Assembly (NCBI RefSeq): GCF_963921235.1
Contig: NC_086108.1
Coordinates: 14,136,001 to 14,200,000, forward strand
Direction: 5' to 3'
Source of the DNA: Mobula hypostoma
Taxonomy: Eukaryota
Length of the DNA: 64,000 bases
Part shown: positions 63,973 through 64,000 of the stretch, one piece after another
How the letters are laid out: each line of letters begins with the position of its first letter
How positions within the stretch are numbered: the stretch's first letter is position 1
Made by a program: the position numbers and the translations under genes
The notes under the pieces: generated by a model
Database searches by the model: none
The model's input: only the letters and a program-made list of their open reading frames with translations
What the model was told of the DNA's origin: nothing

Positions 63973-63986
63973 CGTCGGGGTCACCA
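63973..63986 (-). promoter_or_regulatory. Primer binding site, tRNA-Trp
   Basis: Minus strand TGGTGACCCCGACG, complementary to the eukaryotic tRNA-Trp 3' end (CGTCGGGGTCACCA), 2 nt from the LTR. Confidence 0.9.
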
Positions 63987-63988
63987 TT

Positions 63989-64000
63989 TGTAGCGGTGTG
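63989..64000 (-). repeat. Inner end of 5' LTR
   Basis: 11/12 match to 59966-59977. Confidence 0.85.

Larger units (their letters stand above)
132..64000 (+). other. CACNA1E: Intron 1 of the Cav2 gene (U12-type, open at window end)
   Basis: No exon-2-like PFEYMILATIIANC coding sequence seen by eye downstream of any TCCTTRAC branch motif; content is repeats and non-coding DNA. Confidence 0.75.
59966..64000 (-). mobile_element. Ty3/Gypsy LTR retrotransposon, CsRN1-like, mildly degenerate; 5' LTR runs off the window
   Basis: LTR-PBS-gag-PR-RT-RH-IN-PPT-LTR order, GC/CpG-rich; TGTAGTGGTGTG at 59966 recurs as TGTAGCGGTGTG at 63989. Confidence 0.96.

Overview
Eukaryotic vertebrate DNA, most likely a cartilaginous fish (ray/shark; inferred from the CR1/Rex1/Penelope repeat mix and the exon peptide). 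Bases 1-131 are the 3' end of coding exon 1 of a Cav2 voltage-gated calcium channel alpha-1 gene (best fit CACNA1E). The exon ends at a minor-spliceosome (U12, AT-AC) donor, ATATCCTT, at 132. I found no exon 2, so the remaining ~63.9 kb appears to be one very large U12 intron. It is packed with decayed and nested mobile DNA: many CR1 LINEs, Rex1/Babar-like LINEs (nearly all antisense), two tRNA SINEs, an RTE-tailed non-autonomous element, Penelope-type hairpin/hammerhead remnants, hAT MITEs, a Tigger/pogo deletion derivative and a solo LTR. An old 36-bp minisatellite has been broken up by later insertions. At the right end is a young GC-rich CsRN1-type Gypsy LTR retrotransposon with a tRNA-Trp PBS, CHCC gag knuckle, an intact -1 frameshift signal and an AT-hook-like integrase tail. 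Most LINE boundaries are approximate because they were read by eye; family names come from remembered motifs, not database searches.
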